Assembly (NCBI RefSeq): GCF_001194135.2
Contig: NC_068981.1
Coordinates: 187,733,606 to 187,797,605, forward strand
Length of the DNA: 64,000 nucleotides
Direction: 5' to 3'
Origin: Octopus bimaculoides
Taxonomy: Eukaryota
In this document: positions 1-12,832 of the stretch, one piece after another
How positions within the stretch are numbered: position 1 is the first letter of the stretch
How the letters are laid out: every line of letters starts with the position of its first letter
Notes under the pieces: model-generated
Seen by the model: the letters and a program-made list of their open reading frames with translations, nothing else
Database searches by the model: none
What the model was told of the DNA's origin: nothing
Position numbers and translations under genes: made by a program

Positions 1-629
1 GAAGAAATAATTATGCAGTGAGAAAATTAACTCATATGGATATTATATTTATCATTTGTGCAACAAGGAAAGACTAACTGAAATACGTTTTAGTATATTT
101 TTTCCTCTTCAGTGACGTATAGTTTTGCACTATGACTGTGGCGATCATCATGCGAAGAAATTAAGATGTATATTGTGTCAGAGGAAAATTGTGAAACTAG
201 AATATAAAGTAAAATATCGCTGTAGCTAATTATTCAAAATAAGCATCTGCATGAAAAACGATTATCATCATCATCTTTGTCGTGGTTGTTGTGGTCATCG
301 TCGCCGTGGTCGTCATCATCATCATATATCGACTGCTCTTAACTGGTTGAATTCCATAGATCGCCTGCTGCTTAGTCTTTATTTCGATGATTTTAGACAT
401 TCACGTAGTTTTATGTCTGTCCATTTCTCGATATCATCAGTCCAAGTAATTCTATCCTCTCTTTCTATTTTGCTTTCTTTTAATTGTCATTTTGAACGAT
501 ATTCTTCCCCTTTTTAAGCGTTCAAGGTATTTTAGTATTTTATCTCGCTGATAATATCTCATAATAGTTTCTTAGTTTTTGCTTATCGTTTATATATTTT
601 ATACCGAGAACATAAAAACATAATTAGAA

Positions 630-1183
630 ATAGGAGAGTATTGTAGTTCGCTTGAAGTATTGTGTATTGTTTGTAAAATATAACATGTCTTGAATGGCAC
701 AACAATGCAGAGTGGACTACGTCATCAGAAAAATCATACGCTATCTACACCACGAACTCAATGAGCCCTTAAAATATCATTATAGTGCACTCTGCATTGT
801 TGTGCCATTCAAGACACGTTATATTTTACAAACAATACACAATGCTTCAAGCAAACTACAATACTCTCCTATCTCTATGCCAGTGCCAGGTCGGGTTCGC
901 AAACGCTAGGGAGTTAATCAAGCTATCGGAGAAACGTGCTAAAATGGGATACCAAATAAAATTTCTTACGCTACCTAAAAAACAACATAATTCCCAACAC
1001 CATCAGGAACACACATTTGCCCACGTGCTTCCGCAGCCTTACCCTTCGACGATCACTGAAATACATATATACATTCGTCATGAGAAAAATCATGCACTAT
1101 CTACACCACCAACTCCATGAGCCCTTAAAATATTATTATAGTCCACTCTGCATTTTTGTGCCATTCAAGACATGTTATATTTT
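630..1183. repeat. Foldback/MITE-like inverted-repeat structure
   Basis: 630-719 is the reverse complement of 783-872 (86/90). 675-719 is also the reverse complement of 1139-1183 (44/45). About 728-827 is directly repeated at 1083-1183. Confidence 0.85.
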
Positions 1184-1539
1184 GTAATTAGAAATACTTA
1201 ATAAAAGTAGCTGGCCATTGAACCCTTCTTTTACTGTTTGGCAAGATTTAATGAAAGTAAATGCATTGATGACATCATACTACAGTTTAAAATGTACAAT
1301 AACATTTATATGGGAACTGTGTTGATGAGTATGCCCAAGTTGTGCTTCAAAACATTTTGCCCTTCACGAAATGTAATAACATGTTAACAGAATTTAAAAG
1401 CTGTATGTATCATGTAATGACTAGAATGTTGTGCAGTGACTGTTCTCTCCACAGGGTCCACCTTCAGAGGCATTTGTCTCTTTACAGATCAAGGTGTAGG
1501 GAGTCTGTAGAACAAGTAATTTAATGTTTAATTGTTGTT

Positions 1540-1698
1540 GCGCAGGCGTGACTATGTTAGAAGATTGCTTCCTAACCACATGGTCCTGGGTCCAGTCTCG
1601 TTGTATGGCACCTCGGGTTAGTGCCTTCTACTATAGCCTCCAGGCCACCAATGCCTTGTGATAGGACTCAGTAGACAGAAACCGAAAAAAGCCCATCG

Positions 1699-1730
<32 letters not shown>

Positions 1731-2573
1731 TTTTTTTTGTGAATTCTCCCTATATATATATACATACATACATATATATANNNNNNNNNNNNNNNNNNNN
1801 NNNNNNNNNNNNNNNNNNNNNNNNNNNNNNNNNNNNNNNNNNNNNNNNNNNNNNNNNNNNNNNNNNNNNNNNNNNNNNNNNNNNNNNNNNNNNNNNNNNN
1901 NNNNNNNNNNNNNNNNNNNNNNNNNNNNNNNNNNNNNNNNNNNNNNNNNNNNNNNNNNNNNNNNNNNNNNNNNNNNNNNNNNNNNNNNNNNNNNNNNNNN
2001 NNNNNNNNNNNNNNNNNNNNNNNNNNNNNNNNNNNNNNNNNNNNNNNNNNNNNNNNNNNNNNNNNNNNNNNNNNNNNNNNNNNNNNNNNNNNNNNNNNNN
2101 NNNNNNNNNNNNNNNNNNNNNNNNNNNNNNNNNNNNNNNNNNNNNNNNNNNNNNNNNNNNNNNNNNNNNNNNNNNNNNNNNNNNNNNNNNNNNNNNNNNN
2201 NNNNNNNNNNNNNNNNNNNNNNNNNNNNNNNNNNNNNNNNNNNNNNNNNNNNNNNNNNNNNNNNNNNNNNNNNNNNNNNNNNNNNNNNNNNNNNNNNNNN
2301 NNNNNNNNNNNNNNNNTGTGTGTGTGTGTGTGTGTGTATAGCTATGTCTGTGAGTGTCTTTATATCTATGTTTGTACTCCACTACCGCTTGACAACTGGT
2401 GTAGATGTGTTTACGTCCCTGTAGCCTAGCGGTTCGGCAAAGAGAAACCAATTGAACAAGTATCGAGCTTTTAAAAAATGTCCTGGGATCGATTTGTTCC
2501 ACTAAAACCCTTCAAGGCGGTGCCGAAGCATGGCTGCAGCCAAATGACTGAAACAAGTAAAAGAATAAAAAAA
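1540..2573 (+). mobile_element. tRNA-headed SINE, family A (resembles octopus OK-type), internal microsatellite and gap
   Basis: Diverged head gcgcaggcgtg...aaccacatggtcctgggtccagtc. (TA)n/N/(TG)n middle. Tail ...aaatgactgaaacaagtaaaagaat is shared with other copies in the window. Confidence 0.8.
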
Positions 2574-2689
2574 TGTAGACCAATTACCAGCCACGCCGCT
2601 TTAGCTGATGTCAACATACACAGTCCAGTAGTTCACACATCTTTCCTCTTCTTTGCACGTCCTAAACCAACTTTGACAAGTTTTCAAAA

Positions 2690-2985
2690 ACTAAGCTGTC
2701 ACGTCGCGGCTTAAACTACTGTTAGGTTTTGCCGATGCTTAAACTATTGTAACGTGCCTTGCACACGTAATGTCTCTCTTTCCAGTCTTTTTTCTCGCTA
2801 ATATAGTCGCTTCATATGTTGGCATCTGTCTGGTCTTGTATCTCCTTCATTTAAGCACTGCGATCCTACTCGTCTCCCCGCCTCTTCACACTCTCATTAC
2901 ATTCCCCCTCCACCACTCCTTACTGCCTACTTCACCCAGTTCTCCTTTCCCAGAACATTATCTCACTGGAATTCTCTCAACGTTC
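2690..2985 (+). mobile_element. Degenerate CR1/L2-like LINE 3' ORF2 fragment
   Basis: Conceptual translation RNVSLSSLFSR*Y...TRLPASSH...SFPRTLSHWNSL resembles the RR.VA.L.LFY...SF.PRT..LWNSLP C-terminus. Confidence 0.5.
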
Positions 2986-3863
2986 AGAAACTACAGGTAA
3001 CACCTGTATCATTTTAAACGGAACATTAGTGATGTGAATTTCTCTCAAAGAACCTTCAAAGTAACGGACACTGCTCCTTCCTTCAGTTGCAGCAAATGCA
3101 AAAATATCGCAGCTTAAAATCGCAAGATAAGTTTACCAGTCGTTATACTATAGCTCCACATCTTACAGCCAAAGTAGCTTATTCGTTTACACATCTTTTC
3201 ATCCGTTTATATAACATCACTACTACAAAAGGTACTTTTATTTATCTGATCTGAATCGAGATGCGTGTGTAGACAGATGAATTGGCCAGGTCTCAAAACT
3301 ATGTTCGTTTTACTTTTCAGGAATGAAATTATCCGCTCTATACGCGTGTGACATTCAAAATGACCAACTATTAATATTCAGATATAAAGCTTTGTTCTTA
3401 TAAATGTCGTTTTAAAAACTTAGGTATTGCCGATTGATTTAATTCTGCTACTGACACTTTTTACATATTGAATGTAGAGACAGTTTTCTTATATTACTTG
3501 AATTGTCATCTTTCCTATAACACGTGAATTATTGTGAATATTAATTTATATTATTGTTCGCTGTTTTATACAACTTAGAATAAGGCTGGCAAAAAATATT
3601 CTGCTATCTTCGAAGTTAGACGTATTCTTGGATAGGCTCCAGTTTGGTCTTCAGTCTTACTCTACCAGATAAATATAATGTCACACAGTATTTTCTTATA
3701 TGCTGAAATATCTATCATACACCTGTTACGTCTTTAAATTCTTGGGCATAGTTGGGGTGCTAATTACAAAATTGGAATAAAATTAATTCTATCAGCTTTA
3801 ATTAAATATTTGCTATTTTGAAAAGAAATAATATTGAAGCTTTTAATATATTCTTTCGAATTT

Positions 3864-4060
3864 AGGCACAAAGCTAGCAATTTTAAGGCAGGATGGAGTC
3901 TACTGCATCGATCTCAGTTCTGAAATGTCACTTAATTTTATTGACCGCCCAAAGGATTAAAAGTGAAGTCGATCTCGGCGAAACTTGAACTCAGAACATA
4001 AAGAAATGCCGCTAAGCATGTTGTGAAGCGCGGTAACAATTCTGTTAAACTCACTGCCTT
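3864..4060 (-). mobile_element. tRNA-headed SINE, family B (resembles octopus OR-type), diverged
   Basis: Reverse complement matches the 54638-54867 copy (gagttcaagtttcgccgagatcgacttcac). Confidence 0.7.
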
Positions 4061-5611
4061 TACGCTATTAGTATATCAAATGTTATTAAAACAATGGCAT
4101 AGCGCTAAATCAGTTTATTTTATCATATAAGATTATTTTGCGCTAAATTTGAATCAGACTTAATTCTTGAATTAGAAATAGACATAAAACTTAAACTAAT
4201 CGGTCATTCAATACACAATCATGTACAGAGAGGATATCTCTTCTGAGAGAGTTACCACAGAGGAGGTCTTTCCATGTTCGAGTGTACACAAATATGTTAC
4301 ACAAGAATGTACACAACATTATTTTAATCACAACTACTTCGTATACCTTTAATTAGTCGTTCAATTCATAATAAACTTAACTTGAAAACCTTTCTTGAAT
4401 GAAACTGTACAGAATATTCAAGCATTAATCAACCATCCTGTGTATGTATTCCATCTGCCATGCTAACTCTCTCTAATTGCTTTTATACTCTGATGAGAGC
4501 TTTCCTCCTGATCTATGTTAAATTTCGCAAGGATATCTGGTAGGAGATGCAAGTGACTTTGGATATTATGGAACATGATGTTAGTGTTTGCCTCCTTATC
4601 CCTTATGTTTGAAAAGAAACATTTTGAGATCTCGAACAGGCAAAGATAACGCAAAAGAGTATTTCTGCTGCAGAAGATCTTCCTACGTCACAGTGTGCAC
4701 AGTATTGGTAAATATAATTTGACATGAATCTGTCTCTTTCTTTGTCTCTGTCAGTCTGTCTGTCTGTCCGTCTGTCTGTCCGTCTGTCTGTCTGTCTCTT
4801 TCTCGATATTGTAAGATAACAAAGTAACGCCGTTAGCAGGAGTAGTTAGGAAGCTGAAGGAGGACGGTGAATAAAAATAAAATAAAAGCACAATAAAATA
4901 CAATAAAACGTAGTGGAATATAAGGAGATAAGAGCTTTCACTTCCTGTAGTAGTTTTATAGTTATAAAAGTTTCATGAATGTAAAAGATTAAGGGTACAT
5001 AAAATGTTTATGTCTATAAAATTAGTTATAAAAGTAAATAGGTAGACAGACTGACAGATAGGTATGTATATATATATAGTTTCGGCCTGTTACAATTGAG
5101 ACTGTTCAAAATTGGTAAGNNNNNNNNNNNNNNNNNNNNNNNNNNNNNNNNNNNNNNNNNNNNNNNNNNNNNNNNNNNNNNNNNNNNNNNNNNNNNNNNN
5201 NNNNNNNNNNNNNNNNNNNNNNNNNNNNNNNNNNNNNNNNNNNNNNNNNNNNNNNNNNNNNNNNNNNNNNNNNNNNNNNNNNNNNNNNNNNNNNNNNNNN
5301 NNNNNNNNNNNNNNNNNNNNNNNNNNNNNNNNNNNNNNNNNNNNNNNNNNNNNNNNNNNNNNNNNNNNNNNNNNNNNNNNNNNNNNNNNNNNNNNNNNNN
5401 NNNNNNNNNNNNNNNNNNNNNNNNNNNNNNNNNNNNNNNNNNNNNNNNNNNNNNNNNNNNNNNNNNNNNNNNNNNNNNNNNNNNNNNNNNNNNNNNNNNN
5501 NNNNNNNNNNNNNNNNNNNNNNNNNNNNNNNNNNNNNNNNNNNNNNNNNNNNNNNNATTAGTTATAAAAGTAAATAGGTAGACAGACTGACAGATAGGTA
5601 TGTATATATAT

Positions 5612-5885
5612 ATAGTTTCGGCCTGTTACAATTGAGACTGTTCAAAATTGGTAAGCCCCAACAATCTAAGCTAAGGGCATTAAATCTTGGAAAGAAAGCG
5701 AGCGAATATGTACGACAACATGGTGAAAAAAAAAACGAGAAAATGGAGAAACTGTAATGATGATTGGAAGCTTGACTGAAAAATAGAAAGCCACTAATGT
5801 TCCGTCCTGGTTTTCCTGTCCCTCTTTGTATCGTCCTTCTGTCCGTATGTTTTCATTGTCGTCTGTTACGTTCTTGTCCCATTTT
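5612..5885. repeat. Rearranged copy of interspersed module M (ends cgttcttgtcccatttt)
   Basis: 5612-5730 matches the interior of 46425-46930 in forward orientation. 5760-5885 matches its start in reverse orientation. Confidence 0.6.
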
Positions 5886-5993
5886 GGGGATTTATATTTA
5901 CATATAGCTTGTAAGTAAGTGTATATATATATATATATATATATTATTTTGTTTAAAAGAGTTCCAACACTGTCTGTTAAAGTCTGTCATACC

Positions 5994-6033
5994 GGCCATG
6001 ACGAAGGGAAATAGCCCTGAAACTCGAGTCGCC
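5994..6033 (+). ncRNA. Minimal type-I hammerhead-like motif (variant core)
   Basis: GGC-CATGACGA-AGGG(aaatag)CCCT-GAAAC-TCGA-GTC-GCC. Stem I GGC/GCC, stem II AGGG/CCCT, palindrome ACTCGAGT, GUC triplet. Core has an extra A relative to CUGANGA. Confidence 0.6.
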
Positions 6034-7413
6034 TTTATATATTTATATTTATATATTTGATCCTTTATATTGAACACTCAATATTTCATCTACATTCAAT
6101 ACTTTCTTTCATGGTGCCATCCATTTTTATTTTATTTTATTTTATATTATATATTGTATATTANNNNNNNNNNNNNNNNNNNNNNNNNNNNNNNNNNNNN
6201 NNNNNNNNNNNNNNNNNNNNNNNNNNNNNNNNNNNNNNNNNNNNNNNNNNNNNNNNNNNNNNNNNNNNNNNNNNNNNNNNNNNNNNNNNNNNNNNNNNNN
6301 NNNNNNNNNNNNNNNNNNNNNNNNNNNNNNNNNNNNNNNNNNNNNNNNNNNNNNNNNNNNNNNNNNNNNNNNNNNNNNNNNNNNNNNNNNNNNNNNNNNN
6401 NNNNNNNNNNNNNNNNNNNNNNNNNNNNNNNNNNNNNNNNNNNNNNNNNNNNNNNNNNNNNNNNNNNNNNNNNNNNNNNNNNNNNNNNNNNNNNNNNNNN
6501 NNNNNNNNNNNNNNNNNNNNNNNNNNNNNNNNNNNNNNNNNNNNNNNNNNNNNNNNNNNNNNNNNNNNNNNNNNNNNNNNNNNNNNNNNNNNNNNNNNNN
6601 NNNNNNNNNNNNNNNNNNNNNNNNNNNNNNNNNNNNNNNNNNNNNNNNNNNNNNNNNNNNNNNNNNNNNNNNNNNNNNNNNNNNNNNNNNNNNNNNNNNN
6701 NNNNNNNNNNNNNNNNNNNNNNNNNNNNNNNNNNNNNNNNNNNNNNNNNNNNNNNNNNNNNNNNNNNNNNNNNNNNNNNNNNNNNNNNNNNNNNNNNNNN
6801 NNNNNNNNNNNNNNNNNNNNNNNNNNNNNNNNNNNNNNNNNNNNNNNNNNNNNNNNNNNNNNNNNNNNNNNNNNNNNNNNNNNNNNNNNNNNNNNNNNNN
6901 NNNNNNNNNNNNNNNNNNNNNNNNNNNNNNNNNNNNNNNNNNNNNNNNNNNNNNNNNNNNNNNNNNNNNNNNNNNNNNNNNNNNNNNNNNNNTATATATA
7001 TATATATATAAAGATAGATAGATAGATAGATAGACAGACAAAGAGTTTACCCTACATGTAGCGTGTAATCTGGAAAGAGACATAGAGAGAGTATTATAGC
7101 TTATTTCGCGAGCGGTTTCGAATCGATGATTTTCTATCAGGCTCTCTTAATCCTAACCTCTTCTACAAACAGCGTTGACCAGTCATCACACAATAACTCT
7201 ACTACTCTAACTATGTTGTCTGAGATACACCAATACATTGTATATATATATATAGGATAATTTTACGCGAAACCTTCTGTACTTTAGTCACTGGTTGTGT
7301 TCCTTATCCTTATGCTTCTTGCCAGTATAACAGCTTGTGAGATTTAAGGCGTAACGCAGAAACATGTGTTACCCTATTTGTTGGTGTTTTTTACGGTCTG
7401 TATTGTTTTCCAG

Positions 7414-7549
7414 CGCATGTCAGGACTTAGTGTATTAAGAAACACAATTCGACATCGGTCGTTTAGTTACGGCGGTCGAAAGTTCATACACATTTGTGAT
7501 AAGAAAATTCTACCAGCTCATATAACACTTATTCATGAGATCTATGAGG
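7414..7549 (+). CDS. Candidate coding exon, unknown product
   Basis: Acceptor gtattgttttccag, donor G|gttagt. Only one open frame: RMSGLSVLRNTIRHRSFSYGGRKFIHICDKKILPAHITLIHEIYE. No homolog recognised. Confidence 0.35.
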
Positions 7550-7713
7550 GTTAGTTTATTATAAATGCCTACACATCAACACTCGCATACATACATATAT
7601 CCTTCTTTGCAATGGCTTTAGAGGTATGATGTCGCTCATGCTATATGTCTTCATTGTGAGTCCTCATGCATATACATACATATATACATATGTGTGTGTG
7701 TGTGTGTGTGTGT

Positions 7714-7853
7714 CGCAAGTAGCTTGCTTACCAACCACATGCTTCCGGGTTCAGTCTCACTGCGTAGCACCTTTGGCAAGTTTCTTCTACTGTCTCGGGC
7801 CGACCAGAGCCTTGTGAGTGGACTTGGTAGATGGAAACTGAAAGAAGCTCGTC

Positions 7854-7860
<7 letters not shown>
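7714..7860 (+). mobile_element. Family A SINE head, 5'-truncated, followed by (TA)n
   Basis: agtagcttgcttaccaaccacatgcttccgggttcagtctcactgcg...gaaactgaaagaagctcgtcg. Confidence 0.85.
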
Positions 7861-7916
<56 letters not shown>

Positions 7917-8811
7917 TATACATATATATATACACGTACATATATAAGTATATATGTGCAAATGTATATATGTGTGTGTGAGCGTGCATGCATGTGTATA
8001 TATATGCATATATATATATATATATGTGTGTGCGTATATAATGTATGTCAGTTTATTAAATATAGGAATATACATTTACTACAATACTGATATTCTTTGA
8101 TGAATTCATTCGATTTGAATCTAATGACCCATAAAACACTCGAAAACTTTCCCACCTGTTATCTGTTAGATGATCCGTTTCAAATAAAACAATATTTGTG
8201 ATCAAGAAGGTTAAATATATGCTTTACCATCTTAATCATTTCGCTCTCTCTATTGACGACCTTTTCAGAAATAAACATTCTATTATTATATGGCCTCTCC
8301 AAGGTTTCATAAGTAATGAATTGCTAATGCTTCTTAGTAATGCTGGAGTTATTCGACTGTAAATATACTTCTGTAAAGAGATAGGCTTCGATTATATTTG
8401 TAACTTAATGTCTGTGCACATATAATTGTTCAAGTCGAGCGGAAATGTGAATATTTTACTGATAACTTATGAATGACAATAATAATGATCAATTGTTAAA
8501 TAAAATTAACCAAGTTGAAAATTGAATATTACAAAGACAGAATATAATATCTTCGTCTGTGTCTGGTATCGTAGTTAATGTTGCCGACTATTTACGCAAA
8601 TATAATTTCTCTTTAACTATTTGTGTCTGAGAACACTTGATAATTAATTACCAGGTTATATCTCCAGCTGACATTTTCATTTTATTCCTCCATTGGTTTC
8701 CGTTACCCAGTCAACTCTTACTAAAGACAATATTTGAAAAATATATATTACTGAATATGTAGTATATGCAGCTGTTTTTTCTTCTTTTCAATTGTTTTCT
8801 CGCTTTGTTAG

Positions 8812-8936
8812 ATGAAGAAAATCAACGCCCATAGCCACGTTGCAGACTTTTGAGACTGGTTGGTTAAATCGAGGACTAAAGCGCGATTTCTCGGTTACTT
8901 TCACAGCGGAAAACTGCTTGAAACTTATTCAACAGG
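8812..8936 (+). CDS. Candidate exon, possibly frameshifted
   Basis: Strong acceptor ttttctcgctttgttag. Open frame KSTPIATLQTFETGWLNRGLKRDFSVTFTAENCLKLIQQ ends at a weak donor G|gtgatc. One base short of phase compatibility with 7414-7549. Confidence 0.25.
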
Positions 8937-9728
8937 GTGATCTTTGCTTCGTTATGTTAGCTTTTAGTCCAACTATTTTAGTTATCGTTTGTAATTTTAT
9001 AAACATTTGAAAAAAAATGTCAATGAAAAATTCATATTTAAATTTCTTTACTTCCAAAGACGTATAAAATATTTGATTCATGCTGACAAATACAATTTTT
9101 AAATATCCATTACCGTCCAAACAATATTTCGGATATTCACAGTAATGACATTAAGACATATCAATTTTTTTTCTGAATTTGTCCTTTGATGCAAACAGAA
9201 AAATTAATGGTTTTAATAGCAGTCACTGTCCAAAGGAGCTTTTAATGTAAACCGATGTAAAGTTCTAATAAAAAAAAAAAAAACCTTCTGTTTAAAAATG
9301 CAACAAGTGAAACAACATAAAAATATAAATTCTTCAAAATACGAAATAAGAACAAAAAGACGAAAAAAAATTTTTTTTTTCAACCGCCTCTGCATAAATG
9401 CTTTTATTTGCTAGAAGGGTTTAATCAAATGTCTGTGGGTTATTTCCAATATCACAGATTGTTAAGCTCTTTCACAGAAACGTAACATGGAAATTGTTAG
9501 AAGTTTCTAGCGAATTGATATTTTTACATTAAAAAAACAACTTTTTATCGATTGTTATCGATTAAACTAACGTCGACATTATCGTCCATTGTTACAATGG
9601 AGCTTTTATAAAGTAATTTTAATTACTCAAACAAAGAAAAGACATTCTGGGGCATGGGGTAAAAATTAATTTTTTGTATTGTAATATTGGTCTGAGATCA
9701 GCTTAAGCAAACTGGATTTGTTTCTCAG

Positions 9729-9904
9729 TTAGATCCATTATCATGAACTTTTCGGAAAGAAAAATATGTCCAAATGCCTCACCGGTCACTCGGTACAAGC
9801 ATGTCGATGAGCGATACTCCTTCACTGACATGGTTCGATTCGCATTCGCATTGTTCAAATATAATCCCAAGGAACGCCCACCAGACTGTGAATACGAGAG
9901 CTAA
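9729..9904 (+). CDS. Candidate terminal coding exon, unknown product
   Basis: Acceptor atttgtttctcag. Only open frame: (V)RSIIMNFSERKICPNASPVTRYKHVDERYSFTDMVRFAFALFKYNPKERPPDCEYES*. Phase matches the 8936 donor. Confidence 0.35.
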
Positions 9905-10096
9905 TTTTCAAAACATGTCAAGAAAGGTATTGGTTGAATATTTGTTTAGTTTTGTTGTATCTCGGGAGGGTCATTATGCCAATGACATACACACGCACGG
10001 TCAAACAATCAAACACTGACAAACCTAGTTGATTGATTAGCCGAACGCTTAATCAAACGGTCTATTATATAATTTTCATAAATGATTAATCGATTG

Positions 10097-10149
<53 letters not shown>

Positions 10150-10469
10150 GAAGAAGAAGAAGAAGAAGCCTTTCTACAATAGGCACAAGACCTGAAATTT
10201 GAGGTCCATGTGATCGTGTAAAGTCTTTGAGACCATCATCCAGCATTCCCTCAATGCAGTGACTGAAACCAATGAAAGGGTTAGAAATATATTTTGTCTC
10301 TTATAAACATCTATTTCACTTCAATTACTTTCAAACAGTACAATCCAAATTTACCTCCTATTATAACAGAAGACTTTCAATCTCTTGTGCGCTCTTTCAC
10401 GCAATATCTTTTCAGGAATCTGTGCCAGTCTCCCAGTATATGACCTTAGATCTTCATATATGGCAAGCT

Positions 10470-10650
10470 CTCTGATCCTGCTAACTTTCGATCTATCACT
10501 CTTCCTTGTAACATTTCAAAGGTGAGTCCCTTTGTCATTGAGAGCCTCGACGAACGTTATATCTATGCACTTGATACCAGCAAATATTTCGACGTATTTT
10601 GTGTGATGCCCTCGTAGCTAAGATGCCTGCCTATGCATCGAATCCGTCTG
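10470..10650 (+). mobile_element. Degenerate, internally deleted CR1/L2/Jockey-type RT fragment
   Basis: DPANFRSITL..ISKV and ALDTSKYFD resemble the RT motifs DP.NYRPISL..ISKV and ALDISKAFD. Confidence 0.6.
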
Positions 10651-10705
10651 ATTGTTTTGGGATCTGAAGTGTCTCGTAATACTACACTATTGCCATGTAT
10701 TAAAG

Positions 10706-11125
10706 CATGCGCAGAATGGTTAAGGCGTTAGAGGGAATAGCTTGCTGTACTTCTAAAGTATCCACGTTTTGATTTCAAATCCTACTGAAAACAAATTTGT
10801 TTTTCACCCTTTAGGAAGTCGATAAAATAAAGAACTGGTCAAGCATTGATATTGTTTAAGCACTCTTCTCTGCATTGTTGGACTTGTGCCTGAAAAAAAA
10901 AACAAAAGTATTATTATCTGCAAAAGGCTGTAAGGTGGCAGAGTCGTTAGAGCGTCGGAGAAAATGCTTTGTCACATTTCTACGGATTCATTACATTCTC
11001 AGTTCAAATTCCGCCGAAGTCAACTCTGTCCGATAATTCCTCCTGGATCGATAAAATAAAGAAGCAGTCAAGTATTGGAGTCGAACGTATCCACTCAAAA
11101 CTGCTTTGCGTCAAATTTTGAACTC
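10706..11125 (+). mobile_element. Two tandem diverged family B SINEs
   Basis: Two heads (gcagaatggttaaggcg at about 10712; gcagagtcgttagagcg at about 10937), each followed by B-box-like ttcaaatcc/ttcaaattcc and gtcgataaaataa/atcgataaaataa. Confidence 0.65.
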
Positions 11126-11689
11126 CTTGTTATTACCAGCAGAAGTAATACTATTATTAGTAGTAGAATAGATGACTATTGCAAATTAGGCATGTGCCAA
11201 TGACCGGTTTAATTAACTTTTGATTAATTACATAATAATTTATTTTTCGATTTACTATTTTGTTTTATATATTTTCCTCCCATTGTAATTGTTATTGATC
11301 ATCAATCTTTACTTATCATTCTGCGTCATCATTAAAATCTCTTTGTTCTCATTAATGACGATTTCTACTGTCGAATGAAATGGGAAAATGCCACACACTC
11401 ATATCATATGTACACGCGATAAGTGATGCGAAGTAAGTTCTAGTTTCGAGGAGTTTCAGTTGTTTCATCATACCATTTCGCGTAGCAAATATACGGAGTC
11501 TCAAAGTAAACGTCACGGTATTTTTTTATGTGCAGCGAGTTGAAAGCTTAGTAATATTTCCTTTAATATTCTTTAATGAGAAAGCTAGAAAACAGGCATC
11601 AACATTGTGTTCGTGTCGAAACATTACAATATATCAACTTGTAACCAATAAGCGTATTTCTGTTCAATTCCATTTTTCCACCCATTATT

Positions 11690-12475
11690 CCTTTTAGTGG
11701 AGTCCTCAGGCGTCTCCTCTATAGTGTACTATCAGAAGCAACCATCGTTACACTTTACGGCTAGAATACTAAGCTTGATCAACTGAGACTATGTCTTTTA
11801 TCCAACAATCTAGTTCTTGATCTACTCGATCTCCGACCTGTTATCTCAGCTTGAAGAATCGGTCTTGGAATTCTTTGTGACATTCTAATCACCTGTCCGC
11901 GGTCCTGGAGTTGTGACATCTCAATGTAGAAAGTAGCTGCTCGATCTGGAGAGAATCACTAATCTCTGAGCAACAGACCCTACCAAGTAACGTTGCTCCA
12001 GGAACACTTCCGGCTGCTTATATTCGCTAGTGTACTCTTTGTGTGATTACCCAATATTCACGAGCACAGGTGATTAGAGGCACGGAAATCGAATTGAAGA
12101 TAACGAGTTTGGCTTTTGCTTAACAACCTCTCCTCTTCTGAGGATTGAATGCTAGAGCTGGCGCATTACTTTTCCAGCACCTTCAATTCTAGTGCCCAAT
12201 CAAGCCTCTTACTTTTCAACAATCGTTAAAACGACCCTGAAATACTTAAACTCCTCCATGTATCTCAGTGATGTTCACAAACATGCAGAGTGCACTGGGA
12301 CGAATATCGTGAGATCAATGTCTCAGTCTTAGCAACACTAATTCTCATCTCTCTCTGCCTTGCAACACTCGGCAGCGAACCCCTTTCACTGCATGCTGGG
12401 AATCATCTTTTGATAAACCAAGTAGCATCGTATTGTCTGCAAATATCAGCAGACCGATCATACAAAGCAACATTT
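11690..12475 (-). mobile_element. Degenerate RTE-clade LINE 3' ORF fragment
   Basis: With frameshifts: IFADNTMLL, MRISVAKTE, IEMSQLQ..GQVIRMSQRIPRPILQAE, RSRTRLLD. Follows the RTE RT C-terminal order. Confidence 0.7.
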
Positions 12476-12618
12476 TCACAAAGACAGCGCATGTAAAAAT
12501 AAATATTTGGGTTTTGTATTTGGTTTCCAAGGTTCTTCACATGAACTCTTTAAACGAATTTTGTAGTATCTCGGGAGGATGATCATATCAAAGATAAACA
12601 CATGCATTGGATCTATTT

Positions 12619-12619
<1 letters not shown>

Positions 12620-12689
<70 letters not shown>
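12620..12689. repeat. (CTA)n microsatellite
   Basis: Direct reading. Confidence 0.95.
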
Positions 12690-12693
12690 ATCA

Positions 12694-12832
12694 AGCGGCA
12701 AACTGACAGTCCTAAACATGTTAGACCAAATTCTTAGGAGAACATCGTTCGTCTTTTCAAATTCCGCCGAGGTCGACTTTGTCTTTCATCCTTTTGAAGT
12801 TAATAAAATAAGTACCAGTTGCAAAGGAATAA
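12694..12832 (+). mobile_element. Family B SINE fragment
   Basis: ttcaaattccgccgaggtcgactttgtctttcatcc...aaaataagtaccagtt. Confidence 0.8.

Noticed and set aside
2530-2566. Family A SINE tail (hairpin plus GAAAC-AA-GTA) as a hammerhead
   Set aside because: No CUGANGA-like core upstream and no stem I.
4431-4710. Protein-like fragments on both strands with a donor at about 4708
   Set aside because: Frames are interrupted by stops, there is no convincing acceptor, and no family was recognised.
5030-5660. About 95-bp direct repeat on both sides of the 5120-5556 gap
   Set aside because: Most simply an unmerged contig overlap; needs long reads before calling it a duplication.
8812-8816. In-frame TGA as selenocysteine
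   Set aside because: Phase is incompatible with the upstream exon candidate and no SECIS-like stem was seen downstream.
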